A DNA stretch of 64,000 nucleotides, taken from the NCBI GenBank assembly GCA_000004985.1, contig GG738848.1, one strand, 5' to 3'. Made by a program: the position numbers and the translations under genes. Under the pieces are notes generated by a model. The model was not told the origin of the DNA, made no database searches, and saw only the letters and a list, made by a program, of their open reading frames with translations. Positions within the stretch are counted from its first letter, which is position 1. The number at the start of each line of letters is the position of its first letter. Source of the DNA: Naegleria gruberi (taxonomy: Eukaryota). Positions 11,435-21,604 of the stretch are shown here, piece by piece.

Positions 11435-12661
11435 TTTTTTTAATTAATTATTGGAATTTTATTTGTGGATTATTTCATATCTGTTGTAATTGTTTGGTCA
11501 ATTCATGGACAGACAGATCAGCATTTGAAATAGGCTAATAAATCTAAATTTTAATTACAAATTAAAAAATATAAATTATTAAAATTAGGTGAGTTACTGT
11601 TTTTGTATCATTACCGGAATGAAAATAACAAATTAGCAACATAGATGAATAGTAAGGTCGTTGGCAATGTTTGATTTGGTCAACTACTGTAAATTGGGTA
11701 AATCAATTATTATGAATGCAACACTTATTTCGATACAATGGTTGCATGGTTGACTGTAACACTTTCAATCCGCTTATAAACTCCTTCGGATTAGGAAGTA
11801 CAAAAATCTTGTACGATTGTCTTATACGACTTTTTAACCAATTCATCTATTCTACATTTTTGATTGAATTCAACTAATGAGACCATTTAAATTATTATCA
11901 ACTACTGTAGTTGCTGCACTTTACAGTTCGAATCGAATAGAAACAATTTCCTTGAAATTGATCGAAAATGAATGTAATAGTCATTGTATTTGATTTTCAA
12001 TGATTTGTGATCAAGCCAACTCCACTAAACACATAATTCCTTTCAATATTCCAATTCAAATCACCAAATAGAAGCCACCAATTTCAGATGAATTAATCAA
12101 ATGTTTATGGCAATGAAGGAACTTGGTAATCATCTCTCACTCGTTGGTTTTTTGAAAAACTTTTCATCGGCTAAGAGATGACAATTTTTCAACGATACCA
12201 TTTCAACTACTACCTATTCCTTACTCAATTATAAAATCTTATTCAATACATCTTCATTAATTCCGATAGCTAATACAAAGTTTTGATTGCAATGGACTTT
12301 TTCCTCTTCATCACGTTCGAACAGCGAGCTTGACTGGTGAGGAATGAAAAGGCGGATGCGACTGAAGCGCGGAGAAGTAAAAAACTTGAGGCGTTCTTTT
12401 TGTTTTTTACGAAGAGCGACTTGCTAGAAACCATTTAAAGAATCATCAAAAAGCAAACCTTTAAAAAAAAGAAACACAACAATTATCATAGCAAGCAACG
12501 ACTCTTAACGTGCTGCTCCTGTAATACTATCACCTACTAACCTAACGAATACTTGAAACAAACCGTGACGAGGCAACACGAATTTTTTTACATCAGAATT
12601 CTCTAGTGTTTGCATCCCTATCATCATATTAATAGTAATTCATCATATTTTCAATAAGAAA

Positions 12662-13201
12662 ATGGGACAAAATTCATCTTCTCACGATCGACACGAAAGT
12701 AAGAGGAAGAAACAAGCTAAAGTTGTCATGATTGGATTGGACTTTGCTGGAAAGTCATCAATAATGTACAAGATGAAGCAAAAGAAGAATCTTCCATCGA
12801 CAGTGCCTACTCTTGGGTTTAATGTTGAAGTGTTAAAGTATAAGAGAGTTGTGTTCACATTGTTTGATATTGGTGGATTATTCCTCAAGACCAAACAGTT
12901 GGCACAACATTATTTCGAGAAGAATCAAGCTGTGATTTTTGTGATTGACTCAACTGATAAGGCCAGAATGAATGATGCCAAACAAACTTTGCATTTGATC
13001 ATGGATGATCAATTGGTTTCTAATTGTAAATTATTGGTATTGGCTAACAAGCAAGATCTACCAGATGCTATGAGTGTAGATGATGTTTCGAGAGAATTAA
13101 ACTTGATGGATATCAAGCAAACTTGGTCGATTCAAGGTTCGAGTGCCAAGACAGGTATTGGATTATTGGAAGGACTTGACTGGTTATCAAAGAATGTGTA
13201 A
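12662..13201 (+). CDS. ARF-like (ARL) small GTPase with an N-myristoylation motif. Switch II reads DIGGL: Leu replaces the catalytic Gln
   Basis: MGQNSS N-terminus, then the P-loop GLDFAGKSS, TVPTLGFNVE (switch I), FDIGG (G3), LANKQDL (G4) and SSAK (G5), in a 179-aa single exon. Confidence 0.85.
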   Translation: MGQNSSSHDRHESKRKKQAKVVMIGLDFAGKSSIMYKMKQKKNLPSTVPTLGFNVEVLKYKRVVFTLFDIGGLFLKTKQLAQHYFEKNQAVIFVIDSTDKARMNDAKQTLHLIMDDQLVSNCKLLVLANKQDLPDAMSVDDVSRELNLMDIKQTWSIQGSSAKTGIGLLEGLDWLSKNV

Positions 13202-13522
13202 TTCTCTTAACAACACTCAGGTTTGATTCCTACCTGACATGCTAATTGATATTTTGAAGAAACACTTGGATGATTGTAGAGCAATATGGCTCGAAATATA
13301 TTGAAATTACTACATGTTTCTCAAGGAGCTTGGAGTTCTCTTGTGAATCACAAGTGTAGTGTATGAGTGATTAATAAAATCTAACAAAACCCAAACACTT
13401 TATTTTGCTCTTTACATTAGTAACTTCCAAAAGAGTAAGTAACTCAATTTTTGTAACAATTTAAAAGTCTTAATTTTGTAAAGACTTTACTGGTTTTATG
13501 TAAATTGGTATGAATAAATTTA

Positions 13523-14569
13523 TTATTGAAAATCAAAGATTGCACCACAATCGATTGCATCTGGATTTTCCACCTCTTGTTGGGTTTGTTGTATTGAGTT
13601 CGAATTTGGAACCCCAAGAGGCACGAAAACACTCTGCATCAACTGGACATATTGCACATAAGAAAGGGAATTCTGTAATTGTTTTGCAATGTGTTGGAAG
13701 ATCTTTGCTTGCTCTTCTTTGCTAATTCTATCTATTATTTCCATAATAATCTCTTGTTCTGAGTTGAATTCAATTGTAATTTCTTCTGACACTGACACTT
13801 TCAAATCTAATTCATTTTGTAAGGGATCTTCTCTGTCAAAAAGAGTTGGTCTTCCTGTATCTTGTATTTCATTTATATCGAAGAAGGATACACCTTTGCT
13901 CTTGGCATAATTAGAATCCGAATAATCCTTGTAACTTCCCTTTTTGAGTCTCACTGTGTTGCTGGCTTTCTCAGTCATTACATGAATGTCAAAAGTGCCA
14001 TCATCATAGGAAATCTTCCAAGCAAAGGTGGATGGTGAATTTTGTGCATTCTCCAAATCCAACATTGATGAGTAGTATTCCTTGCGAGATACTGGTTTAC
14101 AATCTTTCTTGATTACTGATTTGCCAAGAGGTGAGTAAATTAGTTGGTAAAGTGACACCTCATTCACATTTCCAAAAGTAGCAATCGCAGGTTTGTATCT
14201 GATGTTAAATATTAAAGATGGTTCGTCATTACTTTCATCTACAAAAAGACCTAACGAACAATATTGAATAAAGTCTTGTCCATGAGTCTCTGTAATATCT
14301 ATCAATTGTTTGACATCTTGTTTGGATTGACTGCACTCGAATTGAAGTGACTTCATTACAACTGGCCAAAAGATCTTCCTCTTATTCTTTTGAGTAGGGG
14401 TAGTGGAAGAACCTTCACCTTTATCTGTTGATGATCCTGTTTTGACCTTCTTGATCTCTTCCGGTTCTTCAAAGCCTATTTTCTTCTCAATAATAGAGTC
14501 ACAATCCTCTTCCTCCTTTTTAACCTTTTTGTTGCTGCGACTGGTGGTTGTTTGCTTTCTCTTTGGCAT
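13523..14569 (-). CDS. Hypothetical basic/acidic protein (348 aa), probably nuclear
   Basis: Uninterrupted ORF. The N-terminus is Lys-rich (MPKRKQTTTSRSNKKVKKEEE), which looks like an NLS. No conserved domain was recognised. Confidence 0.4.
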   Translation of the reverse strand: MPKRKQTTTSRSNKKVKKEEEDCDSIIEKKIGFEEPEEIKKVKTGSSTDKGEGSSTTPTQKNKRKIFWPVVMKSLQFECSQSKQDVKQLIDITETHGQDFIQYCSLGLFVDESNDEPSLIFNIRYKPAIATFGNVNEVSLYQLIYSPLGKSVIKKDCKPVSRKEYYSSMLDLENAQNSPSTFAWKISYDDGTFDIHVMTEKASNTVRLKKGSYKDYSDSNYAKSKGVSFFDINEIQDTGRPTLFDREDPLQNELDLKVSVSEEITIEFNSEQEIIMEIIDRISKEEQAKIFQHIAKQLQNSLSYVQYVQLMQSVFVPLGVPNSNSIQQTQQEVENPDAIDCGAIFDFQ

Positions 14570-15111
14570 GTTATTGGGTATTTTTTTTGATGTTATTTGC
14601 GTGATGACGGCTAATCATTATGAACCCAACACAAACAAATTTGCTCACAATATTTTTTGTTGGTTCAAATTTGTGGCAAGGTTACTATGGAAGCGCAGCA
14701 ACAATTTCTGTGTTTTGGTGGGCTATTTCTGATTTTGTGTTGTTGGTTGTTTTACAAAAAGGAGATTGTTATGCATGACATAATTTGGTGGAAGTGGACT
14801 ATTTCTTCTAAAAAAGATAGGTGTTATGCCACCTATCCTCCACCAGAACCTTATGGAACGAACTGAGGTATTCAAAGAATTACAAATTAAGGTGGATTCT
14901 TCACATACTGTCACTTTTATAAAAATTCTTATTATTTTTCAAATTTTTTGCATGCCCTCAAAAATGGTTCCAAACCTGAAGTTATTTTCTCTATCAATAT
15001 AATAGATAAGGAAATGATTTTTGAAGGAATGATAGTCTTATATGTCTGGATTATGTGGTTAAAATCATACAGTCAAATACCTGATATTAAGGGTAAAATT
15101 GAATATTGAGT

Positions 15112-15182
15112 TGCGTCGACCGGGAATTGAACCCGGGTCACGGCGATGGCAACGCCGTATTCTACCACTAAACCATCGACGC
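15112..15182 (-). tRNA. tRNA-Gly (anticodon GCC)
   Basis: The reverse complement reads GCGTCGATGGTTTAGTGGTAGAATACGGCGTTGCCATCGCCGTGACCCGGGTTCAATTCCCGGTCGACGCA. The acceptor pairs perfectly, the anticodon loop is TTGCCAT, and the whole is very close to canonical eukaryotic tRNA-Gly-GCC. Confidence 0.8.
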
Positions 15183-15315
15183 CTCTTGTTAAGGTATTAA
15201 GGATGCTATTATTGAACATATTTTTCAAGCGTGATAAGCCTGGAAATTATGTTTTTGTTGTCATAATTTTGATCGATTTTCGAAGCAAACCAATTCTTCC
15301 TTCACTTTAAAAAAA

Positions 15316-16707
15316 ATGAGAATACACGAAATTACATTCACAGAGCAAGGTTTGATGCACGCAGGCCTTGCCGACTGCAAACCATTCGAAAATTCAGCCA
15401 CTCTTTTCAACAATGGAATGGAAACAGCCATTCTAATATTTTCTGTTTTGGACGAAACTGCCTCTGATCAACCAAAATATATTAATCACATTTCCACCGA
15501 ATTTACACAAATTGGATTACTTCCTCCTTCAATGCTTGCTAACAAATTCATTCATGACATTCCGAATATTTCATCACGTCAACCAAGAGTTGAATATTTA
15601 CGAAGTGATGGAAAATTCAACGATGCGAAACATTTGTTTATTGCCTTCTTTTCCAAATCGTATTTTGATCAAACTAAACCGAATGATGATTTTGTAAAGA
15701 GGTTGTTTTCAAGAATTTACTGTGATATTGAACAATATCAAATTAAACATTTGATTATGGAACAATTGGTTTTACCAGATACCGAGGCACATTTTGAATG
15801 GAATAAGGTATTGAGAAATTGTGAAATGTGGAAGAGTTCACTCATGAATTACTTTTCAGAGCTTGATAATTGTTTGATTATGTGTCCAAAAGAATGTGTG
15901 TGGAATCATTATTTGAATGAGTGTAAAACTGTTTCAACTGTTATGAGTTATAATGTATTGGCCCAAAGTTATACATCCACACATTATAATTATTGTAAAC
16001 CTTATATTGGATTTGGTGTGAGAACTCCAAAAATTGTTTCATTGGTGGATTCAATTCAAGCTGATATTCAAATGTATCAGGAAATGGAAAAGGACATGCT
16101 TCAACAGTTGACTAAACCTCACCATCACGTCTTATTCAAACCAAAGGAAGGAAGAAAGGAAGGACTTGCCATCATTATTGACAAACGAGTGTGGGACATC
16201 ACAAAGGAAGGCAGTAACAAGTTGGCTCTAAACCATCCTCAAGATATGATTTTCGTAGCATGTCGACACAAGTTCACTAAGAAAACACTTCTGGTTGTGT
16301 GTACTCACTTACTTGGTGATCCAAAGCAATTAGATATCCAAACAGAACAAGCCAAAGTCCTAGCCAATCGTTCAGATATGACCAAACTAGAATGTGCATG
16401 TGAAAATGTCATTATCGGTGGTGATTTCAATGCCTCACAAGAATCTCAAGCTTATCAAGTTGTTGAGCAAGCTGGTTTCAAGAGTGCAATCAAGGAAATT
16501 CATGGAAAGGAACCTACCATCACATTCAATACTGATGCCATTCACCGATCCATTGATTACTTGTGGTACAATTGCTCTACTATCATGCCTTCAACCTGCA
16601 CAATTTTCAATCAGAAACAAATTGAAATCAAGAAGGAAGAAGCTCTTCCAAATCATCAATATGGCTCGGACCACATTCCAATATTTGCCAAATTTGTGTT
16701 GAATTAA
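15316..16707 (+). CDS. Endonuclease/exonuclease/phosphatase (EEP) family protein (CCR4/nocturnin/PDE12-like C-terminal domain)
   Basis: The C-terminal half carries EEP catalytic motifs: LLVVCTHL, IIGGDFNASQES, DYLWY, GSDHIPIFAKF. The N-terminal half was not recognised. Confidence 0.65.
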   Translation: MRIHEITFTEQGLMHAGLADCKPFENSATLFNNGMETAILIFSVLDETASDQPKYINHISTEFTQIGLLPPSMLANKFIHDIPNISSRQPRVEYLRSDGKFNDAKHLFIAFFSKSYFDQTKPNDDFVKRLFSRIYCDIEQYQIKHLIMEQLVLPDTEAHFEWNKVLRNCEMWKSSLMNYFSELDNCLIMCPKECVWNHYLNECKTVSTVMSYNVLAQSYTSTHYNYCKPYIGFGVRTPKIVSLVDSIQADIQMYQEMEKDMLQQLTKPHHHVLFKPKEGRKEGLAIIIDKRVWDITKEGSNKLALNHPQDMIFVACRHKFTKKTLLVVCTHLLGDPKQLDIQTEQAKVLANRSDMTKLECACENVIIGGDFNASQESQAYQVVEQAGFKSAIKEIHGKEPTITFNTDAIHRSIDYLWYNCSTIMPSTCTIFNQKQIEIKKEEALPNHQYGSDHIPIFAKFVLN

Positions 16708-16887
16708 ATCCTTTGTTTATTATTAAATATATAATTAATTGTATAATAATTAAAGTATTTAATAGTAATTAAGATAAAATTGAAAACATTTACGCCATCA
16801 CCAGCCGTTATATATTTTTTTAAAAAAATAAAAACAAAAAAACATCAACTTCATCAAATAGTAATAATTCAAATATTTTTATTCTTC

Positions 16888-18057
16888 CTATTGATAGGTA
16901 ATCAAATATTCAGGATAGGCTTGCTTATTATCATAGACAATAATTTCCTGTCCTCCCCATCCAGTAACACTATCAAATCCCTGCGGAGCAATCTTAATCG
17001 TCTGCATCATATTCATATTAGCATCATATGAATGACCAACAAGTACTCTCACAATGAACATTCTTCCATTATTACTATTACCAGCATATCCGAGAGAGTA
17101 GGAAGCATTGGGACTAAAGTAAATTCCATTTCCAAATTTCCCACTATTACTCACTCTTGCATCGAAACCTTCCTTGGCAATTAAATCAGCAAATTGTTGT
17201 TGAGTTCCGTGGAAGAGTTGTTTCTCATTGTGGTTGGCTTTCATGTTCTGCTTTTGAAGACTGTACCAATTCCATCGAATGTAATTTTCAATTCGTTCAA
17301 TTTTGAGAATGGTTTTACCTGTGGAGGTTGAGGAAAAGAGCTGAGAACAATGTTGAAACTCTTTGGAGGAGGTGGAAAGTGTTACTATTCGAAAGTGTGG
17401 TTTCATGAGAGGGTTTTTGGAGAGTTTGGGAGGATTTTCCCATTCCTTTGGCCATGAAGAGATGCAATTCACTTGTGTGTTGCTGGTTGAATTGGTTGCC
17501 TTGCTTTCATGTATAAATGAATAGCAATGTGAAATATCTCCAGATAGATACTTTTGACAGGAAGTAGCATCTTGGCATGTATGGAAATAGTGAAGGCAAT
17601 GCTCTTTCTGTTGGAGTTTAGTACACTTTGAATCGTATTTGCATGGATGGACGAATCTGGATCTGTGAACAGAATCAGTAATCATGGAACAGTTTGCTCC
17701 CTTCTTACATGGATGATAATACTTTTCACCATGATCAACATGATCCCTATAGTTTGTTTTGGTACATTTATCCCAATGTTTACAAGGCACCTTGTCTTTT
17801 AATTCATTAACTTTGGTTGAAGTTGATGATTTCGTTGTTTTGCTGCAGCTTGGTGATGAGGAATGGCTGGTTGTTGGTGTTGTACTTGTGGATTGGATTG
17901 TGGATTGTTGTGGTTTGACGTAATTGACAGGAAGAAATTGTGGATTAGCTCCTGTTGTCATGTATCCAACAATTTGTGGCACCGTTCCTTGAGGGATATT
18001 TTGTGGAGGTTGGGATGAAACACTTGGTGTGGGCAATGTTGGATTGTTTTGCTTCAT
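16888..18057 (-). CDS. PARP catalytic-domain protein with three tandem PBZ-type (C2H2, PAR-binding) zinc fingers. Catalytic residues are H-Y-E
   Basis: PBZ-like fingers CKHWDKCTKTNYRDHVDHGEKYYHP, CKKGANCSMITDSVHRSRFVHP and CKYDSKCTKLQQKEHCLHYFH, against the consensus C-K-Y-G-x2-C-x6-9-H-x3-5-[FY]-x-H. The ART fold reads ILKIERIENYIRWNWY...LFHGT...GIYFS...GQEIIVYD. It is single-exon and lies head-to-head with a paralogue 86 bp away. Confidence 0.75.
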   Translation of the reverse strand: MKQNNPTLPTPSVSSQPPQNIPQGTVPQIVGYMTTGANPQFLPVNYVKPQQSTIQSTSTTPTTSHSSSPSCSKTTKSSTSTKVNELKDKVPCKHWDKCTKTNYRDHVDHGEKYYHPCKKGANCSMITDSVHRSRFVHPCKYDSKCTKLQQKEHCLHYFHTCQDATSCQKYLSGDISHCYSFIHESKATNSTSNTQVNCISSWPKEWENPPKLSKNPLMKPHFRIVTLSTSSKEFQHCSQLFSSTSTGKTILKIERIENYIRWNWYSLQKQNMKANHNEKQLFHGTQQQFADLIAKEGFDARVSNSGKFGNGIYFSPNASYSLGYAGNSNNGRMFIVRVLVGHSYDANMNMMQTIKIAPQGFDSVTGWGGQEIIVYDNKQAYPEYLITYQ

Positions 18058-18143
18058 TTTTTTGATAGTGTGAATTGAGAATTTTCCATGTCAGCCTTTT
18101 CTGACAAGCGCAAAGATTAAAAAAAATATTAACAACTGACACG

Positions 18144-19310
18144 ATGCATCAGCCAAACAATCCGAATGGCACAAATAATAATAATTGGCAACAGTTTCCG
18201 CAACAGCAAATCTATTTGCATCAGCAACCACAAGGTCAAGTATTTCCGCACCAACAATTACCAATGTATTGTCAACCGTACCAAATTATTCAAATTCCTA
18301 ATGAAATGATTCAACCATCAACACAACAAGTTTCATCTCAACAAACAATGCTACCAAACGTGATGCTCAGTTCCACTTCAACTTGTCCACAAGATTTTCA
18401 CAATCAAGTACCAGAAAGAGAGGATTTTTGCACTGATTGGAGATTATGTTCTGAAACAAAAGATCAGAAACACAGATGCACCAAAAGACATTTATGTACC
18501 ATCAAGAATTGCTCCAAAACTAGTGATAAGGTTCATGTTGGCAGATTCTTGCATTATTGTAAATATGGTGAAAAGTGTCGTCACATAGATGATGATAATC
18601 ATAATCATAACTTTATTCATCCATGCAAGTATAAGGGAGATTGTAAAAAGCTTGGAGACATTATGCACAGAATTTTCTTTACCCATCCAACAATAGCTGA
18701 CAATGGCTTGTATCCAAGATCTTGGGGAAAGGTGTTGGACGATCATTGTAAATGTGTTAAGCTTTCACATAGCTCTTCAGAATTCAAAGAGGTAGAGAAA
18801 ACATTTATTCAAAGAATTAATCACAGCCATCCAACTGCTCAAGTAATCGACATTGAAAGAGTGGAAAATGCCAAGTTATGGAGAGCTTTCTCAATTAAGA
18901 AATCAGAAACCATTCACAAGAATCAAAATATCAAAGCTGAAAATCAAGTGAAAACACTCTACCATGGAGCTGAAGAAACAGCAGTCGATGCCATCACCAA
19001 AACAGGATTTGATTATAGACGATGCCAAGTTGGACATTATGGACATGGAAATTATTTTGCAGTCAATGCTAGTTATAGTCATGGTTATGCCAAGCCATCA
19101 ACTTCTGATGGTAGTAGAAGGATAATTGTTTGTAAGGTAGTTGTTGGAGAATCTCTCAGAGTAGCACAGAAGGATAATACTCTGAGAAGACCTCAGGATA
19201 AGACAACAGGTAAAATGTATGATTCAGTACAGGGAGGACCAACAGGAACTGAATATGTAGTATTCGATAACGAATCTCCATATCCTGGATATATTGTAAT
19301 TTACAAATAA
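18144..19310 (+). CDS. PARP catalytic-domain protein with tandem PBZ-type zinc fingers (paralogue of 16888..18057). Catalytic residues are H-Y-E
   Basis: PBZ-like fingers include CKYGEKCRHIDDDNHNHNFIHP and CKYKGDCKKLGDIMHRIFFTHP. The catalytic region reads VIDIERVENAKLWRAF...LYHGA...GNYFA...GTEYVVFD. Confidence 0.75.
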   Translation: MHQPNNPNGTNNNNWQQFPQQQIYLHQQPQGQVFPHQQLPMYCQPYQIIQIPNEMIQPSTQQVSSQQTMLPNVMLSSTSTCPQDFHNQVPEREDFCTDWRLCSETKDQKHRCTKRHLCTIKNCSKTSDKVHVGRFLHYCKYGEKCRHIDDDNHNHNFIHPCKYKGDCKKLGDIMHRIFFTHPTIADNGLYPRSWGKVLDDHCKCVKLSHSSSEFKEVEKTFIQRINHSHPTAQVIDIERVENAKLWRAFSIKKSETIHKNQNIKAENQVKTLYHGAEETAVDAITKTGFDYRRCQVGHYGHGNYFAVNASYSHGYAKPSTSDGSRRIIVCKVVVGESLRVAQKDNTLRRPQDKTTGKMYDSVQGGPTGTEYVVFDNESPYPGYIVIYK

Positions 19311-19527
19311 TATATACTGTCGTTGATTTTCACACAAACGCAAAACATCAATTTCTTGTCCTCCACTTGCTTAAGTACTTTCAATTAATCGAACAATTTC
19401 AGTGGAACGATTTCAACGAGTCTCTCTCATCATGCTTTTTTAATTTAATTCTCAAGTAGGAATTTTCAAAAACTCAATTTTACTGATTGAGATTGTATTT
19501 GTGCAATGAATTTTCAATTAATTAAAA

Positions 19528-19721
19528 GAGTTAGGCGGCTCCTAATCTGACGGTTTGTGCAATGTCTGATCGAAACCAAATCAAAGTGAGCAATTAAGCT
19601 CAAACCCTGATCCCTACAAAAAATTGAGTTAATAGTAGATGCAACACGTGGGCTGCTTTCAGCTATTAAACTGAAAAGAACAGATACTACACTCGATCAA
19701 AGCCAATTGGCCGAGAAAGAT
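19528..19721 (-). ncRNA. U2: U2 spliceosomal snRNA gene
   Basis: The reverse complement begins ATCTTTCTCGGCCAATTGGCTTTGATCGAGTGTAGTATCTGTTCTTTTCAGTTTAATAGCTGAAAGCAGC..., which is near-identical to the conserved U2 5' end (AUCGCUUCUCGGCCUUUUGGCUAAGAUCAAGUGUAGUAUCUGUUCUUAUCAGUUUAAUAUCUGAUA). This includes the branch-point-interacting GUAGUA, and an Sm site AATTTTTTGTAGG lies downstream. The 3' end is approximate. Confidence 0.75.
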
Positions 19722-20555
19722 GGTTTTGAGAATTGCATAAGGCACACAGTATTTATTCTGTTTGTTGGGGAGTAAAGAATGACAAAATGTTTGTGGTATT
19801 TTAATAAATTTTAATGCCTTGTTCAACTATTGATATTGAACATGTAGCGAATCTTAATTAATCATTTTTATGATGAGCAGTTCAGTCAATAATTGACTCC
19901 AAAGAAGCTGTTTGGAATATTGGAAAGAATGTGAGAAGCACCAGGTTAGATTGCCAATTAAAGTGGCCAAAATTGATAAGTAAACTTGAACTAGTGCAAA
20001 AAACAAAAAGACTACAGGGATGAGGTGCATTCATCGTGATATGGCCGTAGCCATTCATTAATGTAAACTAAGGTTTTTCAAAATGTTCAAAAATTGCAAG
20101 TTAATTCACTTTAAGAGGATTGTTAGCGATCAACTACTTTGAAATAATTAAGATAAATCATTTATTCCAATACCATTTCCAACACAATGCACCATCTGCA
20201 ATTATTGCCCTCATGGAATCCCTATTTTCAGTTTCGAATCATCAAAATCTCTTTCTCCAGCTCGACGTTATAGAATTTAAGGGAATGGGTGTAAGCTATT
20301 ACTCAATCCGTTGATTCGTATTCTTAATATTTAAAATTGTACAAATATCATTCTCTCACATGATTTTGAAGTTTCCAAGAGGATGAAATGGCACTCATTT
20401 CTTGCGCAAATTCCACAGATCAATAATTAGTGCTCACGACAGCGCTTTGGTTTCGGGTACAGAATCCACCATAAATGGCATTCACACTAACCATTATGCA
20501 TTTTCAATCACAAAAAAACAACTTTACTGTATTATTACAAATAACAAATAACAAA

Positions 20556-21194
20556 ATGGTCTACAAAATTTATGGTGCTGCTCAATCTACTTGCGTTCAA
20601 CGTGTTTTGACAACAATCAAGGAGAAAGGTTTAGAATATGAACTTGTTCCTGTTGATTTAATGAAGGGAGAACACAAGTCACCATCCTACTTGGAAAAGC
20701 ATCCATTTGGTGTCATTCCAGTCTTGGAAGATGATGGTTTCTTGATTTATGAATCTCGTGCTATCTGTCGTTATTTGGAAGCCAAGCATAAGAGCCAAGG
20801 AACTGAACTCATTCCAACAGAGCTCAAAGCTTTGGGTTTATTTGAACAAGGTGCTTCCATTGAAACTGCTTACTTTGATTCAAATGCTTCTGGTTTAGTT
20901 TTCGAAAAGTTATTTAAGGGAATGATGGGATATGGAGCTGCAGATGAAGCTCGTGTCAAACAATTGAGTGAAAAGTTAGCACTCAATTTGGATGCCTATG
21001 AAAAAGTGTTGGCTAAACAAGAATTCATTGGTGGAAATCAATTTACCTTAGCCGATTTGTATCACTTACCATATGGAAACTTGTTGTTCGCTATTGGATT
21101 GGGCAATTTATTGTTGGATCGTCCACTTGTTAAAGCTTGGTGGGAAAAGATTTCAGCAAGACCTTCATGGAAAGCTGTCACAGGACAACAATAA
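20556..21194 (+). CDS. Glutathione S-transferase (cytosolic; thioredoxin-like N-domain with an ESRAI motif), single exon
   Basis: MVYKIYGAAQSTCVQRVLTTIKEKGLEYELVPVDL...HPFGVIPVLEDDGFLIYESRAICRYL is the GST N-terminal domain. The C-terminal helical domain follows. The first ATG of the track ORF is upstream, but the conserved fold starts at M20556. Confidence 0.8.
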   Translation: MVYKIYGAAQSTCVQRVLTTIKEKGLEYELVPVDLMKGEHKSPSYLEKHPFGVIPVLEDDGFLIYESRAICRYLEAKHKSQGTELIPTELKALGLFEQGASIETAYFDSNASGLVFEKLFKGMMGYGAADEARVKQLSEKLALNLDAYEKVLAKQEFIGGNQFTLADLYHLPYGNLLFAIGLGNLLLDRPLVKAWWEKISARPSWKAVTGQQ

Positions 21195-21365
21195 ATAATA
21201 CTGTAATTCCTTCATAGAATAAATTCCACAAATGTCTCCAATCTTGAATATCAATTTTTTTATCGTTGCTCAGCAAAGTGAAAAGCTGTATTTAATTTGC
21301 CTCAATTCACTTTCATCACTTGGCCAATAGCAATTAGAATACAAACTTTAAGAAAAGAAATGCAA

Positions 21366-21437
21366 AGCAAATTGGCGCAGCGGAAGCGCGATGGGCTCAT
21401 AACCCATAGGTCCTAGGATCGAAACCTAGATTTGCTA
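21366..21437 (+). tRNA. Initiator tRNA-Met (anticodon CAU)
   Basis: AGCAAATTGGCGCAGCGGAAGCGCGATGGGCTCATAACCCATAGGTCCTAGGATCGAAACCTAGATTTGCTA. It has the A1:U72 pair, the three G:C pairs in the anticodon stem and the GATCGAAAC T-loop (A54/A60) diagnostic of eukaryotic tRNAi-Met. Confidence 0.85.
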
Positions 21438-21532
21438 TTCATTTTACAATTTTGGAATTGAAATGTTCTAAAAATATTACTAAGGTTTGTAAAACATGCA
21501 CCCTTAATGTTTACATCTAAAACTAAAGATAA

Positions 21533-21604
21533 GGGGACCAGTGGGAATCGAACCCACGGCCTCTCGCACCCAAAGCGAGAATCATACCACTAGACCATGG
21601 TCCC
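21533..21604 (-). tRNA. tRNA-Pro (anticodon UGG)
   Basis: The reverse complement reads GGGACCATGGTCTAGTGGTATGATTCTCGCTTTGGGTGCGAGAGGCCGTGGGTTCGATTCCCACTGGTCCCC. The acceptor is perfect, the anticodon loop is TTTGGGT, and it is nearly identical to metazoan tRNA-Pro-UGG. Confidence 0.85.

Noticed and set aside
12295-12430. GC-richer patch (cacgttcgaacagcgagcttgactggtgaggaatgaaaaggcggatgcgactgaagcgcggag) in an AT-rich intergenic region, considered as a possible ncRNA, SL RNA or tRNA
   Set aside because: No tRNA cloverleaf, Sm site, snRNA or SL-RNA-like signature could be recognised. It is more likely a promoter or 5'-UTR element of the ARL gene.
18058-18143. Small palindrome GTCAGccttttCTGAC between the PARP genes as a possible structured RNA
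   Set aside because: It is too short to judge. It is more plausibly a shared promoter element and is mentioned only within the PARP finding.
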